Shown here piece after piece: positions 21,939 through 35,393 of a stretch of 64,000 nucleotides of DNA. This stretch comes from Anthoceros angustus (lineage: Eukaryota > Plantae > Anthocerotophyta), in NCBI GenBank assembly GCA_010909165.1, contig MU008160.1, positions 1,054,001 through 1,118,000 on the forward strand, written 5' to 3'. Both the position numbers and the translations under genes were made by a program. Positions within the stretch are counted from its first letter, which is position 1. Every line of letters begins with the position of its first letter. The notes below the pieces were generated by a model, which was not told the origin of the DNA, made no database searches, and worked only from the letters and a program-made list of their open reading frames with translations.

Positions 21939-24900
21939 TCACCCATGTCTGGTTATGCCAGCAGAGAACGCAGCTTCATACTCCCTCAGGGAAAGAGATC
22001 GGTCTGCTCTGACCTGCAAGAAGGTGACAAGGCACTTTAATGAGGATTGCGCCAAAATGAGAAGGATGATGCGCAAATCCTGTGGCACTTCAAGTTGGAG
22101 TTTACCTGGAGACGATGGAGGAGGTACATGAGGAAGAGATGGACGAAGATCTGATAACAGTGAACAAGCATCAGTTAGAGACACATGGTCGACATACTCC
22201 TCAATGATTCCAGATATTGGTTCCCTTCTTACCACATAAAACACTACAGCCAGACGGGCAAAAGGTCGCCTCCAGAGAAACCGTCCAGCTGTAACGGCTC
22301 CAATGTCTATAAACTTGGCCGCCGTCTAATGCAAGGTAATACACGGATATTTAATTAAAACAGACCTCAAAGAAAAGCAATGCAGACCCTACTCATGGAA
22401 AATGGCTTACCTGTATACTGGGGCCGAGCCTTCTCTGATGCAGGCCAAACAAACTGCAAACAATCAAGAGACCACGATCACACTCCTGCTGCAGATTTGC
22501 ACGCTTTAGGTCCTTTCACTTCACATTATGACAGGAAAACTTACTCGAATGACCTCAGAGCATGATCATCGTCATCACCAAAAGGCATAGCTTGTCGCAG
22601 GCTCTTACTCCTCTCTACCTCCGCCTGCAGGTAAGGAGTTGAGGCCCGGCCCTGGGCAGCAGATGTAAACTTTAAATGGACTGAAAACGCTAGAGAATCT
22701 CAAAAGGCTCTACCTTAGCCTCCCTAACACGCCTCGACTCTTTCTCCAGCTGAAGCACTGCTGCTGCTTTCTCAGTAGCCATTTGTTCCAACTGAGTCTG
22801 CTTCAGGTACTGCAGTGTTTGGCAAGAACTATTAGTTTCTTCTTTGCCTCCCATGATTTGTCAGACTTGTACAAACTGGAACTCTGCTGATAGCTGAGCA
22901 TAATGGACGGTTTATTTCCAGACCAGCAGTTCAGTCAGCTCCCGAAAGCGTTTCTCCAGCTCTGTATTAGCCTGAAACACCGAACACCCGTATTTAAGCC
23001 ACTTACTGTGTCTTACTTCTCTCACAGGACCATATCATAAGAGGCAGCCACACTAGTCACCTGTAATGATGAGCGTTCCATGTCCTGCTTTGTGCTCGCC
23101 AATTCAACTCGAAGCTTTTGAGTCTCTGCCTACAATCCACAAAACACCAACTCAGTTTTCAGGAAAGAATTCCAGAAGTAACCATGAGGTCCAAGGCTCC
23201 TGGTAACCTATCTTCTAGCAAGGCTCTGAAGCTAGCGAGCAACTGGACAACTGAGAGATGCATATCAACCACCAAAAAGCATGCTTGAAAACTGCCGTAC
23301 GGAAGGACCTTTACCTCCATAGCTAAAAGTTTGCTCTCAGCTTCACGTTGAGCCTGTCTTGCCCGTTCCGCCTCCTCTCTCCAGGCCTGTGACAGGGATG
23401 CCTCACTGTAAACATACAGGAAGTAATATGGATGCCACAACATGACTAAAACGCCAACATACTTGTACGTTTGAAGCAGCATCCTCAGACGGGCGCTTCT
23501 GTTCCCTTCGGTACCTGGCTTCCATTTCCTGCAGCTCTTGATTCAATGTGGCACAATCAACCTACCCAAAGGAACACAAATCATGAGTAGGTTGTTCAAA
23601 GAGGACAGCAACTTGAGAACCTTTCCCAAGATACATAAAAATAGAAAGTCCAGAAAGAGCCCTCACTTCAAGCATGGTTTTTTGCTGCTCCAGGTCAGCA
23701 ACTCTTTGTCCGCGTTCTTCCACTGTTCTCTGGCAACAAAACGAGTCCACCACGACAAGGCTGTCAACCGGAAGGACCAGCAGAGATTTGCCAAGAGGGC
23801 AGCCAATGCCTGAGAGAGTCCAGGACACTGCCACTAAACACAGTAAGACCAAATGCAGGTACCTGCATCCTCATCAAGGCCACAGTGTTTTCTGCCATTT
23901 GCTGCTCTAACTCTGTTTCCCTTTCCACAGCAGCCTGGGAAAACCACTCCAACTTTAACAATTCATGAAACTTGAAGATTGGCGTAGAAAAAGTCTACAA
24001 GAAAGCTGATCAAGATGCTTTTATTTATACCCTCCGTGTGGCATTATGGGCAAGATGCTCCTCTTCTGCCCGGCGTTCAGCTAAAACCAATTCCTCGCGA
24101 AGGGCCTGTGAAGCGACAGCAATGGATATCAATTACCATCCACCAAACCTGTGTCGACTGTGCCAAATAGAACCGAAAGAGGCTTCACCTGAACCATTCT
24201 ACTCTCTGTCATGTCGCGATGTTTGGAAACTGCATCGGTGTTTGCCTGCAGCACCCCAAATGTGAGATGTATGACACTAAGCTTCAGAATAAGTTCCAAG
24301 TACACGTATGCAACATAGCATCTGCATTGCCGCCTTGAACTAGACAGGATCCTACATACAGCATGAAAATCTCAAGACGTGCTACGAAAACCACACTGTT
24401 CATCAAAAAATGCATTTATCACTAGTATGCAATACATCCACCTCGTCATCAGAAACACTGAGAACTAGCCATAATACCTGCAGGGTGGCAAGTTTCCCTT
24501 CCGCTAAAGAGGCCTGGCGCTTGATTGCATCAAACGAGATCCTAAGGGCCTCAATCTCTGCATTCTTAGAGGCTAAAGCTGCCGACATCTCTGCCTCTAT
24601 GCCAGCTGCTGCAGAATTGGCCGAAAGCAGATCCTGCTGAAGCTGTTTGATAGCAGCCTCGTACAATCCTTTTGCTTCCCTCTGTTTAACCAAACGCCAA
24701 CATACATCTGGCTCTGAGCTGCAATGGTTCCAAGTTAGCTTGTCACCACGGACCTGTACATGCCTTCTTAGGCACTCTGTCCTACGGTAACAAGCAACTC
24801 ACAAATACCAACGCTGTGAGAACTGCTATGAGGAAAAAGCACCTCAGTCCGCAACAGCTCCTCCAATTGGGCATTTTCAGCTTTGTACTCCTGGAGTCGA

Positions 24901-26559
24901 GCTGAGAGCCCAGTGCAGACCTGCGAAGCAGAACAAGCACCTTCAGGAATATGGAGAAGACTTCCACTTCAGACTCTCAAGAATGACAAAATACAAACCT
25001 GTTCTGTCTGCCAGAACAGCTCACTTTTCACCGGGCACACACAATACAAGATACAGAATTTGCAGACACCAGCTTGAACATCAAGATACCTTTGCTAAGC
25101 GTGCTTCCTTTGATGAGCTGGTTGACACACCAGAGGCAAGCAATCCTCTTGCCTGTGCAAAGAAAATGATGAAACAGATCAGCACAAGACTGTCCTGCAT
25201 GACATCCCCAACACAGCAGACCAGGCAAATTCAATCACGCACTTCCTCAAGTTGATCCTCCACTCTTGGAACAGCATCCTGTTTCAGGTCACCATGGGAT
25301 TGAAGGTGTCTGTCGCTGCTTGGTCCTTTTTCGTTTCCAGATTTCTCTTGGCCATCTTCAGAAGCCTCAGGTGCAGAGGTACCTTCCAGAGGCATGTCAA
25401 CTGCAACCGCACTATTGTCCACCTGGACCTCATGTTTTGCCAATTCACACAACTCATTGTACGAGGCCCTTGACAGATCTGGATGTCCAGGAAGTGGGCT
25501 GACTCTTTGAACAGTGTGTTCATCATGAGATGTTGGATCCACTGGCACCACCTCAATCAAATCAAAGTGCTCTCCAGACTCAACGCAAGGGGCCTCTTCA
25601 TTTTCCATTCGCGTCTCCCTTTCCTCTGAGTCTGGCGATGCCAGGGGCTCCTTTTCAACAGAAGTGACCGACAAACCATTGCTAGGAACAACATCTTCCC
25701 TATCCCCAGGCTGTGCAGTTGAAGCAGACCTTGCTACATGATCTCCAGATTTGCTGCCCTTGGGTGCTACACTCTCCTGTTCCTCTGTCTGAAGGCCGCT
25801 GCTGGGACTCACATGCGGTAGCTGGCTTTGAGGAACGTCCTTCGTAACTTCATTTGCAGCAGGCACAACTCTGGCAGCTACTTGGGAGATGGACCCACGG
25901 AAATGAGACGTTTGTGTTCCAATCTGGCCACAGCACCAAGTAAACAGAAACATTAACAGAACAATCCATTTACACTTGGGACTTCCTCTAGCTGAGTGGA
26001 GACAACATTCCTACCCTCTCCCTGCCTGGCGCCTGCCTCCGTGCTGGAACAGGTTCAGCAGCCCCTGTTCATACAAAGGCGGCCACCTCAGCACCACACC
26101 TCAAACTGACACCAACTACTATGCAAACACAATGTGATTAACCTAGGCTACCAAAAATGCTGAAACCGCTTCGGCAGCTCTCCAAAAAACCTCCGACATT
26201 GCAAACCACCAATTCCGTTTCAGCCGCACACGGGGAAAAAAGAGCATGGAGGCCACCAACCTCCAGGAACAGTAATTGCGTCGGCCACCACTTGCTTAGC
26301 TGTCCGATCAACAACCTCAAATAGCTCTACAAATGCGACGACAATCAAAACGATTTAAACCCACGAACGGCCGGCAAACATCTCAACAAAGAACAAGACC
26401 GTTGAACTCTCAGATAGTCGAACCCCCGGAAACGGATCCACAGCCACAACCCTTTCCCCTGCCCCTCCGATCCACACTTTCTCCAATATGCAGCCAATGC
26501 TAGCCCCAGCTGCTGAAAGCCACAAGCTCACCTTCTGCAGCACGCAACCACGAAGCCAT
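21939..26559 (-). CDS. Golgin-84-like (golgin candidate 1) coiled-coil Golgi protein, multi-exon
   Basis: First exon MASWLRAAE|gtgag; coiled-coil exons (LASKNAEIEAL, ELEKRFRELTELL, KQTQLEQMATEKAA); C-terminal TM exons RFLWRRPFARLAVVFYV / IFVHLFLMYLLHRLQ; stop at 21939. Confidence 0.88.
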
Positions 26560-27278
26560 GGCCCTGGTACAGGCAGGATCGTCCCAACTTCCCAATTTAA
26601 CACCTCACAGAAAGGCAGCCCCGAATCTCCAATCCATGTCCACTTGCATGTTCTTCTCCAAATCCTCTAGTCTGAGAATCAAACCAACTGGCCGGCAACG
26701 ATTACAATGCTGCAGATCCACGCATTGATGACAAGAAAGCACCGTACTGAGAAATACCAAAAAAAAATGGGCCTCCGTCTTAAGGCTTTTGTACCAGGCA
26801 GCGAGAGCCGTCGGGGACCGACGCGCTTCCCTTTCTGGTCGAATTAATAGGACAACCTGTTGGTGCAGCGTTTGGGTCCCGACTGACCTAATTCTGGAGC
26901 TTCCTGGGATACCATCCAGTCGTGAAAGACAAGTCCTCTAGACCTATAGGTAGCCTACCAGGAATCAGCAATGGGCGTTACGTAGAACGCCGTTTTCCGC
27001 AAGCGAAAGATCCTTCACGAACTCCAGTTCCATGTCGAATGAATGTGGCCATCCATGGTAATTTTCCAGTTTGGCCTAATTACTATAACCGAGGTATAAG
27101 CTATTGCTGCATATAATCTACTGGTTAAAGTTTAGGTGTCTTCTCTCTCTACTTCCTCTCTCTATTGGGATTTAGGGCTTTGCTGCGATTCTGTTTGTCT
27201 TTCGACCGTGAAGGCTTCTGTGTAGGCTTGCGCTGCGCCCGCGCCACCTCTTCCCCGGAATTCGCACGCCTCGTCAAA

Positions 27279-28029
27279 ATGGTGGCCGCGAAGAAGACGG
27301 TGAGTTCTCGGCACCTCTACGATTTTGTGGGAGCTTGTAGATTTCGGCTGAGTGCTAAGGTGCGTTGGATTCTATCTGTGAACTCTGAACAGAAAAAGGC
27401 TCAGGAGAGCATCAACAACAGGCTTGCCCTGGTGATGAAGAGTGGCAAGTTCACGCTCGGCTACAAGACGTGCTTGAAGTCGCTACGTAGCGGAAAGGGT
27501 AATCTGAACACGAAGCCTCTACGTTTCGTATTCTAGGGCTTTAGTCGGCTGTCGTGCTGGTTTGCTCACTTGAGGGATTTTTTTTTTGACAGGGAAGCTT
27601 GTCATCATCTCCAACAACTGTCCGCCGTTGAGAAAATCAGAGATTGAGTACTACGCCATGCTTTCCAAGACTGGCGTGCACCACTACAGCGGCAGTAAGT
27701 GGATTACGGGTTTCAGTTTCTCTTCCTTGCGATTCAGTGCTCTCTTGCTTTCGCATGAATTGTGGGAATGCTTAGCAGCATGTCGCCAGCATCTTAGGCC
27801 TTAAATCTTCTCTTCTGCATCCGTTTACAGATAATGTCGACCTCGGTACAGCCTGCGGGAAGTACTACAGAGTGAGCTGTCTCAGCATTACAGATCCTGG
27901 TATATACTCTCTGGCACACCTTCTTCTGTTAACTTAGTTGCGGAAATCCACGAATCGCCTGCGTACTGACTCATGTTGCCTATGTATGCAGGTGATTCTG
28001 ACATCATCAGGACAATGCCAGCCGAATGA
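27279..28029 (+). CDS. RPL30: 60S ribosomal protein L30 (eL30), 5 exons
   Basis: MVAAKKT|[25 protein letters not shown]...|[26 protein letters not shown]...|[14 protein letters not shown]..|[12 protein letters not shown]. Canonical splice sites. Confidence 0.97.
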
Positions 28030-29360
28030 GAGTACAGTAGTTCTGCGATAGGATTCCCCAGTTCTCATCACAAGCATTTCCGATGAGAGCTTACTTTTCT
28101 ACAGAAGTAGAATCGTTGTATGAGGGAGTCATGGCTCAAATGAGATCAAAGTTTCAAGGATTTGCTCACTGTTTGTCGGCGCGCTCACTGGCACGGCTGT
28201 GAGTAAGTTGTAGCAAGCCTCTGTAAGTTTTAGTACAATACTGTCGGCTTAGAGTTTCTTCAGATGGCCCCCTTGGACTCGGTTTCCTCGGAAGGGTGAA
28301 ACAAAAGATTTTGGTATTTCGTGTGATTTGATGTCAAATTCCGAACGTTCGCATGGCAGCAGTCAGGGAATTGTGCGCATCGCCAGCGGAAGGCTTGTCC
28401 GATCGTTGCAGGCCCGCGTGTTGTTTGCAAAAGTTACCGAGTCCAATTATGTCCGGGCGTTGTACTTGTAAAGTTCAATTAGGTCTGCTCGTTGTTTCTA
28501 AGACATTTTTTCTATCACCTCACATTCGTGATTTTTTATTTGTGCTCTTTACTTGTGTTTGTACTTTCGTCCCCTTTTTTTAACAGGGAAACCCGGTTAC
28601 CTGCATTTTTCTCCGCAAGCTCTTATGTGGCTTGTCACTCGGTGCTCTCTACCGTTCGCATCAATTGGTTTTAGTGTTTCTTATTTCCTAGTATTGTTCT
28701 TTATGAGCATGGGGTACTTGAAGAACAAGGAATTATTTTGAGGCTCACATATAAAGTAATGGTTGTCTCAAGATACAGCGGTACGTTTAGGCGTAGAGAC
28801 AGCTAGGCTGCAGTCTCAAGAAGGTCGGTGCATGGGGGACCTATGTAGGGTTGCCCTACACGTAATTATTCCTATAAAATTGAGTAGGCTCAGAATTATA
28901 TAGCCTTGATCACTAGTTTAATGAAACAGGTCTCACTTCGATGGGGCAATTGCTCTATTGCTTTCACCAGGTTTTCTTTTTTGTCTAGCAGTATGCTTTG
29001 CACGGGCTAGCTAGCAAAGTGAGAAGTTTGCCCATTTCCACTGTTGTGTGCTAACGTGTGCCTTTGTGTGATTGTAAATCGTGTTGCAATCCAAGTGAGA
29101 CATCTCAGAATCATATGGGGAGGAAGATGCATATTGTGTTGTGCTGTAACGATGCAACCGGTGCCCTACTCGGTCGATGTCTGGTTAGAGATGTAGAAAG
29201 GGTGGCTACCGTGGTGCGGGTTGCTGACGTAATGAATTGTTGACATGGTTTTTTTTCTTTTGCTCCCCAACGTTGGTACACAATGTTTTGTGATGGACTT
29301 CTGGAAATCCATGATTCCATACTCGTTATGTATGTTGAAAAGCTATTTTGGAACTTCTGT

Positions 29361-29446
29361 TATTGTGTTTTCATTTGCTTCTCAATCCGTTATAGTGTTT
29401 TCATTTGCTTCTCAGTCCGTTACAATGTTTTCATTTGCTTCTCAAT
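29361..29446. repeat. ~3 copies of a 30-bp tandem repeat
   Basis: tgttttcatttgcttctca recurs at 30-bp period. Confidence 0.85.
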
Positions 29447-30699
29447 TTCATTGTCCACCTCTCACACACACATTGATCATCTATATTGCATTTCATAACT
29501 TGTCAACATATAAATAACAATTATTAGCTACTAGCACTTTTCATTTAATGATAAAAACATCAACTAAATGAGTATCAGCTTTCCTAGTGGCTCTTATCCC
29601 TCCTCTTGCAGCCTGTACTTCCGGAGAATCTTTGTGGTAACAATGTACACAGTTGTAATTGAATATAACTTCTTCACATGTGAATCTCTAAATACTATTA
29701 ATGTGCATTTCACATCCTTCAATCTTCATCTATCAAAGATTACAAAGAATAGGAGAAGATCATTGCAAGCCTAGCTGTTGTGATGTAGAATCATACTATT
29801 GTTGCTCTTTGCAAAGAAGGAAAAAGTTATCAATTAGATAAAAATCATGCAAAAACGTAGGAAAGATACTATAGACCTTTTAACTTACAGTTGTTTAGCT
29901 AGACCTCGCTAGTATCGCCTACAGGTTGTAGCATTTCTAGATGTCGGTTAGTCGTATGTCCCCAATTTGTTGGATAATCTTCCTTCAAGTATTATTTATT
30001 ACTCTAACTTGGCTTGGCCGATTTTGATCTCCTACTGGCATAAACAATTTCCTCTCTCCCACCACCTACACCAAGAGAGAGTTTAAGAAGAAGAAAAATG
30101 AAGAGTCGAAAACCCGAATGGAAGGGAACAAAGGTTCATGGTATTTATCGACGCATCCTTTGAAGGCGTGTAATGTATTCGTCCTGGTTACATTTAAAAA
30201 TCCATTGAAATAGTGAAGAACATGTTTACAATTAGCTTTTTCCAAGGCTCTTCGTAAACATGTTTGCCTTCCGCAAATCTTCAAAATCGCATTTAAACAC
30301 TCTATCGAGAACAATATTTGCCACATGAGTTTTCAAATTGCTCAATGATCGATCTTGAGGGATTGATCTTCGTTCTAAAGCATATCTTAACATCGTATGA
30401 AAAGATTATAATTACATTACCTACATTTGAAGATATATATGTGTTAGCTCTTCATTGAGCCTGCTTATGATTAATAGATTTTTAATTGAGTTTACCCATA
30501 GAGATAGTAGCTCCTCCATTAAAGATTCTTCTCTAGGTTATTACCAGCCTTTCAATACCAATATATTGGACTTGTTATATTGGTACTTGTAGAGTGAACA
30601 GTTCACAATAATGAAGATAACAAACTCATCAACTTTTTGAGAGTTCGGAAGAGGATACAATAGCTGATTCTCCTTACTCAGATTCCAAAACCAATCACA

Positions 30700-31050
30700 T
30701 ACTCGAAGATGGCCAGAGTGGTCCTTTACGTGCACCTCAATGTCTTCCAGACGATTTCCCTCTTCCAACAGTTGAAGCAAAAGAGTCAGGATGTGAGTGA
30801 CCGTATGCACCCATGCCTTGGCCAGGTCCGAACAACATATGGATGTTGAAAGTTTCTGGTAAGCCTTAAAAAACGTGATCCATATTAGGCGAGTAGATCT
30901 TTGACTGCCCCACTAGCGTTTTGCAAAAATAGCGAAAGGAGCAAGACTTTTAAGAGCAAGGAAAGCATTCGCAGATATATGAAAGAAAATTATCCAGCAT
31001 TAGATGTGGATGATTTTCTCTTATCTTTTCAATGGGATGTGCCTATCAAA
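30700..31050 (+). pseudogene. Degenerate fragment resembling the N-terminal domain of plant OBERON-like PHD-associated proteins
   Basis: SGCE*PYAPMPWPGPNNIWMLKV followed by FKSKESIRRYMKENYPALDVDDFLLSFQWDVP resembles the family pattern SGEGLPYAP.DWP.PGD.W.W...FASK.....Y...FP..D...FF.SF.W..P (recalled from memory). Contains stops. Confidence 0.5.
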
Positions 31051-32161
31051 ATTGAAGTTGACGACTCTATTACTAAAGAGAAGACAAAGATAAAGTCAAC
31101 ATCCAATAAAAAGCATCAGCAAGACTTACTTCGTGTGGACTCACTTCTTAATGAATCGACATCAGCAACTTTGAAAAAGTCATAAGAGGAAGACTTGATG
31201 ATACAGATGCGGATTTGAAGCATTTCTCAGGTGCGAAGTTCATGTCAACATCCTCATCTTTAAAGAGTTCGCTTCAAGTGTTCAACCACTATAATGATTT
31301 TGAGAGCAAGAAAACCATGAAAAAACCTAGACAAGTTGCAAAGAAACCTCTTGTATAGTCATCGCCTTCCCAAGAAGTTAGCTTGCCTCTTGTAAGTCTT
31401 GTGCGGGTCGATACAGTGGTGAAGCTGGCATCATACCTTTTTTGCCCTATTTTAAGGAAGCTCATGGCAAAGCCTGTGACCATGGTCTCCGGAGCCGTTT
31501 GTGAAAAGAAATGATCGATCCCTCGTCTCGTCCCTCGATCCCTGATCCCCTCGTCCAGTCTGTTTGAGATAAATATATTGTTAGTTATAAAGAAACCTTA
31601 ACCAAGCATAAATTGACGAAGCAATATGGAAATTAAAAGAAGAAGCATCATAATATGAAAAAGCACCCCCTCCCCCCAATAAAATATAGGTTCTGGCTTC
31701 GTATGTTGCTAGAACCAATGCTTTGTTGAAGATAAGTGGGGTGTATAATGTGTCTTCCAAAGATTAAAGATTGCATTTCAAATGCAATAGATGATAACAC
31801 ACATGCCACATAATACAATGTGTTTGGCTATAAAAAGGATGCGCATAGAAGAATGTCATCACGAAGAGAAATTTATTTCAAAACTGAGTGAAACTTAAGT
31901 GCACACATTTGGAAATGAAGCTTACAATGAATACTAAAATACAAATAGAAGAAATAGGATACATTGGGCATTACATATAGATATTAGAAAAGTATGTGAA
32001 ATTAGTTATAAGGACAAAATATTAGGTAAGAATATAGTTGCCATAAGATAGACGCGGCTAGAGGCTCGTAGGACGGCCGTACGCAAATAATGTGATCGAG
32101 GAAGTCTAGTAGCTGTGTAGGACTAAATTTAACCACCACTTATCATTACTAACTAGCCTGC

Positions 32162-32530
32162 TTAATATAAATAGCGAGCCCTATAGAAAGAAAGCACAAC
32201 GCCCTCTGCAGGACAATGGAATCCCGCTGTCGAAAGAAAGCCACCACAGAGGAAAGGGGAGACCCACTCTGTTTCGTCGAGATCGTGATAGGCTTTAGCA
32301 CAATCCTTAATGAACCGTCCGAAATCCTTGCACATGGCCCCGTGAGTCTCGATGGCGAGGGGGATGAAGGCATGGCCATCCTGCATAGGCGTGTACTTGT
32401 GTACTTCGGATGTCGCGCATCCCTCCGCCGCCGAACCTGGAGGGTTGATGATGACATGCTCACAAACGGCCTCCCGGGCAGATTCCAGTACAACTACATC
32501 CACAACAGAGATTTGAAAGTGGACGCAGTG
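32162..32530 (-). mobile_element. Second RLE-type non-LTR endonuclease remnant
   Basis: DVVV...VIINPPGS...HKY...FIPLAIETHGAMCKDFGRFIK...AFFRQR.SIVLQRAL, homologous to 18717-19080. Confidence 0.55.
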
Positions 32531-33924
32531 TAACTAAAGTGTGAAAATAAGAGGCAACGAGTGTTGTAAAATTGAGACAAACTCTTGGCTTGTGTGCAAC
32601 GTGAAGAATAATTAAATGTGAATACAATTTGCATATGAAATCACAATCTCGAACACTAAGAGCAAACATCACAAACACAATCTGTTTACGATGGCAGCAC
32701 AAAACTGCTTACACTACTGAATCTACCAAGCCTTGCTGACTGCACTAGACCAAGAAGAAGGCTTACAAAGTAAAAGTTAAGATGACTCAAAGGAGTACCT
32801 ACATGTGTGCTACGATATTTAACTCCTATTTTGTTCCCCTTGGCCTAATGCCCTCCTAGAGGTTGTTCCCCTTCGTCTCATGGGAAGTTGTTTCTTATAT
32901 GAAGTCTCCTCTTCTCTTCTCTTTTGTGAAATTGAGAGTCCGATTTTCATTTGTTGACAACTCGTCAGTGCCGTTTTGTCGGTCGCGACGTGCGAACGGA
33001 GCTCGGAGTGATAACAGGTTTCAAGGTGAAGGCGGTGGACACGGGTTTATCAACATGTCACCCACGGCGAAAGCTGCGATTTCGCCGGCGCAAGCTGTGA
33101 AGCTGGGTACCCCCGTAAGGGAGGCCTAAGCCTTTAGTTGAGCCACTTCGCACACTTGCCGGGAAGGGCGGAAGGCATTAAGGCTGCAGGTGCGGCAGCC
33201 GTTTGTCCCCTTCTTCTCTCTTCATCAGCAGCCGCGCTGTGGAGTGCAGTGTGCAGCGTGCAGTGTGCCAGTGTCTGCCTACCCGGCCAGCCCGTGCCCG
33301 GTCCGGTCCCCGGTTCCGCGTCCTCCCCCTCCTCCTCCTCCTCGTCCGCAGGCCACTGTGGAAAGACGCGAAGCACGCCCTGCTGCTGCTGCTGCTGCTG
33401 CTGCTGCCTCTGCTCCTGCCGTGCAGCAGGCCCCGCGAGTGTACGGCCGCGGCCACGCCAGGGCACGGCACGGCGTCCATTTTCCCCTGCCCTCCCCTAC
33501 CCCCTCCCCTTTACTTCGCATTGCGCATTCCCCAGCTCGTGCCCGATCTGGGACCGCCCCAGGAGCTCCGGCACCAGGATGGCGGCGGCGGCGGCTGCAC
33601 CAGGACGTGAGCAAGAACAGCGTGCATTGCCCAGCAGGTGGAGCTCGCCCCCTCCGCCCCGCCCCGCCCCGGCCATGGGGCCGCCCCAGTGCCGTGTCCT
33701 GGCGCGGAGGTGGAGCTTTAGGTTTGGCGGTGGACGCTGAGGCCAGCCCAATTCGGATGCCCAGCTCGCTGGGGCATTAGGAGAGGCCCAGTGCGTCGTG
33801 GGTGGTGGGTTTTGTGGGTGGTTGGGTTTTGTGGGTTGTGGGTTGTGGGTTGTGGGTGGTGGGTTTTGTGGGTTGGAGTGTGGAGGAGAGGAGAGGGAGG
33901 GGATGTGAGTCTGAGCTCGGGGAG

Positions 33925-35393
33925 ATGGCGATGGCGACGTACCAAGAGCAGTATTATGTGTCCCCGGATGAGTATTACCAGCGGCTGGCGGAGGGGTCGG
34001 ATATGTCGGTGGAGAGCATCGGGAGCATGAGGACGACGATGAATGGAGGGGGCTCGGTGTCCATGTCCACAGCAGGGGACTCGAGCGTGGGGTCCAACAA
34101 CTCGGTGAGGGCGGTGTTGATGCACCCGGACCTGCGGTCTCGGGTGAGGACGCCGAGCGCGTCGGTTTCGCATAGCGTGGTGATGCCCAACCTGTCGGTG
34201 CCGCACAGCCTGGGGGAGGACATGCTGGCGGCGGCGCTGATGGACGGGAGGCTGCCCACGGACGGGCTGGAGGGGTACGACGACTGGACAATTGACCTGC
34301 GGAGGCTGCGGATGGGGCCGGCCTTCGCGCAGGGGGCGTTCGGGAGGCTGTACAAGGGGACTTACAACGGGGAGGATGTGGCGGTGAAGATTCTGGAGAG
34401 GCCGGAGAACGACCTGCCGCGGGCGATGAGGATGGAGAACCAGTTTGCCAAGGAGGTGACCATGCTGGCCAACGTGAGTCACCAGAATGTGGTGCGCTTC
34501 ATAGGAGCGTGCAGGAAGCCCATGGTGTGGTGCATTGTGACCGAGTACGCTAAAGGCGGCTCCGTCAGGTCCTTCCTCAGCCGCAGGAAGTCCCGCTCGG
34601 TGCCATTGAAGGTTGCTGTCAAGCAGGCCCTTGACATAGCTCGCGGCATGGAGTACCTGCATAGCTTGGAAATAATTCACAGAGACTTGAAATCTGACAA
34701 CCTTCTCATCGCTACCGACAGGTCCATCAAGATTGCTGACTTCGGCGTGGCTAGAATAGAGGTGCAGGCCGAGGGCATGACTCCTGAAACCGGAACATAT
34801 CGCTGGATGGCGCCGTAAGCTCCCTCCTCCTCCTCCTTCTCCTTCAACTATCTTCGACTCTCCTCACCACAACCCACAACACTCATCCTGCTCTGGGAGT
34901 TTTGTGGGTTGTGGGTCCTGTTATGTCTCGTAGCCTCGTGTGTTTTTTTCTCTTTTTGGGGTTTGGCACTTCTTTGAGCAAGCAGTTTTGTACAGGTTCT
35001 GGGCAGCTTCCATTCCAGTGTAAGCTAAACCCCATGAGCTGGCGTTGCAGGGAGATGATCCAGCACAGACCATACACGCAGAAGGTGGATGTGTACAGCT
35101 TCGGAATAGTTCTATGGGAGCTCATTACGGGCCTCCTTCCTTTCCAAAACATGACTGCAGTCCAGGCGGCGTTTGCAGTTTGTAACAAGGGGGTGCGGCC
35201 TACCATACCGCAGGACTGCCCTGTGGCGTTGCAAGACATCATGACTCGGTGTTGGGATAGCAACCCGGAAGTGAGACCCGTGTTTTCCCATATCGTAGCA
35301 ATGTTGGAAGAGGCACAAGTGGAGATATACTCCACTGTCCGCAGGGCCAGGTTTCGGTGCGGCTGCTTGGCCCGCCCTCTAACAAGTGACTAG
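33925..35393 (+). CDS. Raf-like (group C, STY13/RAF22-like) protein kinase; exons 33925-34814 and 35051-35393
   Basis: [33 protein letters not shown]|[16 protein letters not shown]-terminal RRARFRC. Confidence 0.93.

Noticed and set aside
29361-29446. CRISPR-like appearance of short repeats (also 19275-19430 and 36150-36790)
   Set aside because: Eukaryotic context, no cas genes, and intervening sequences are similar to each other or irregular: ordinary tandem repeats.
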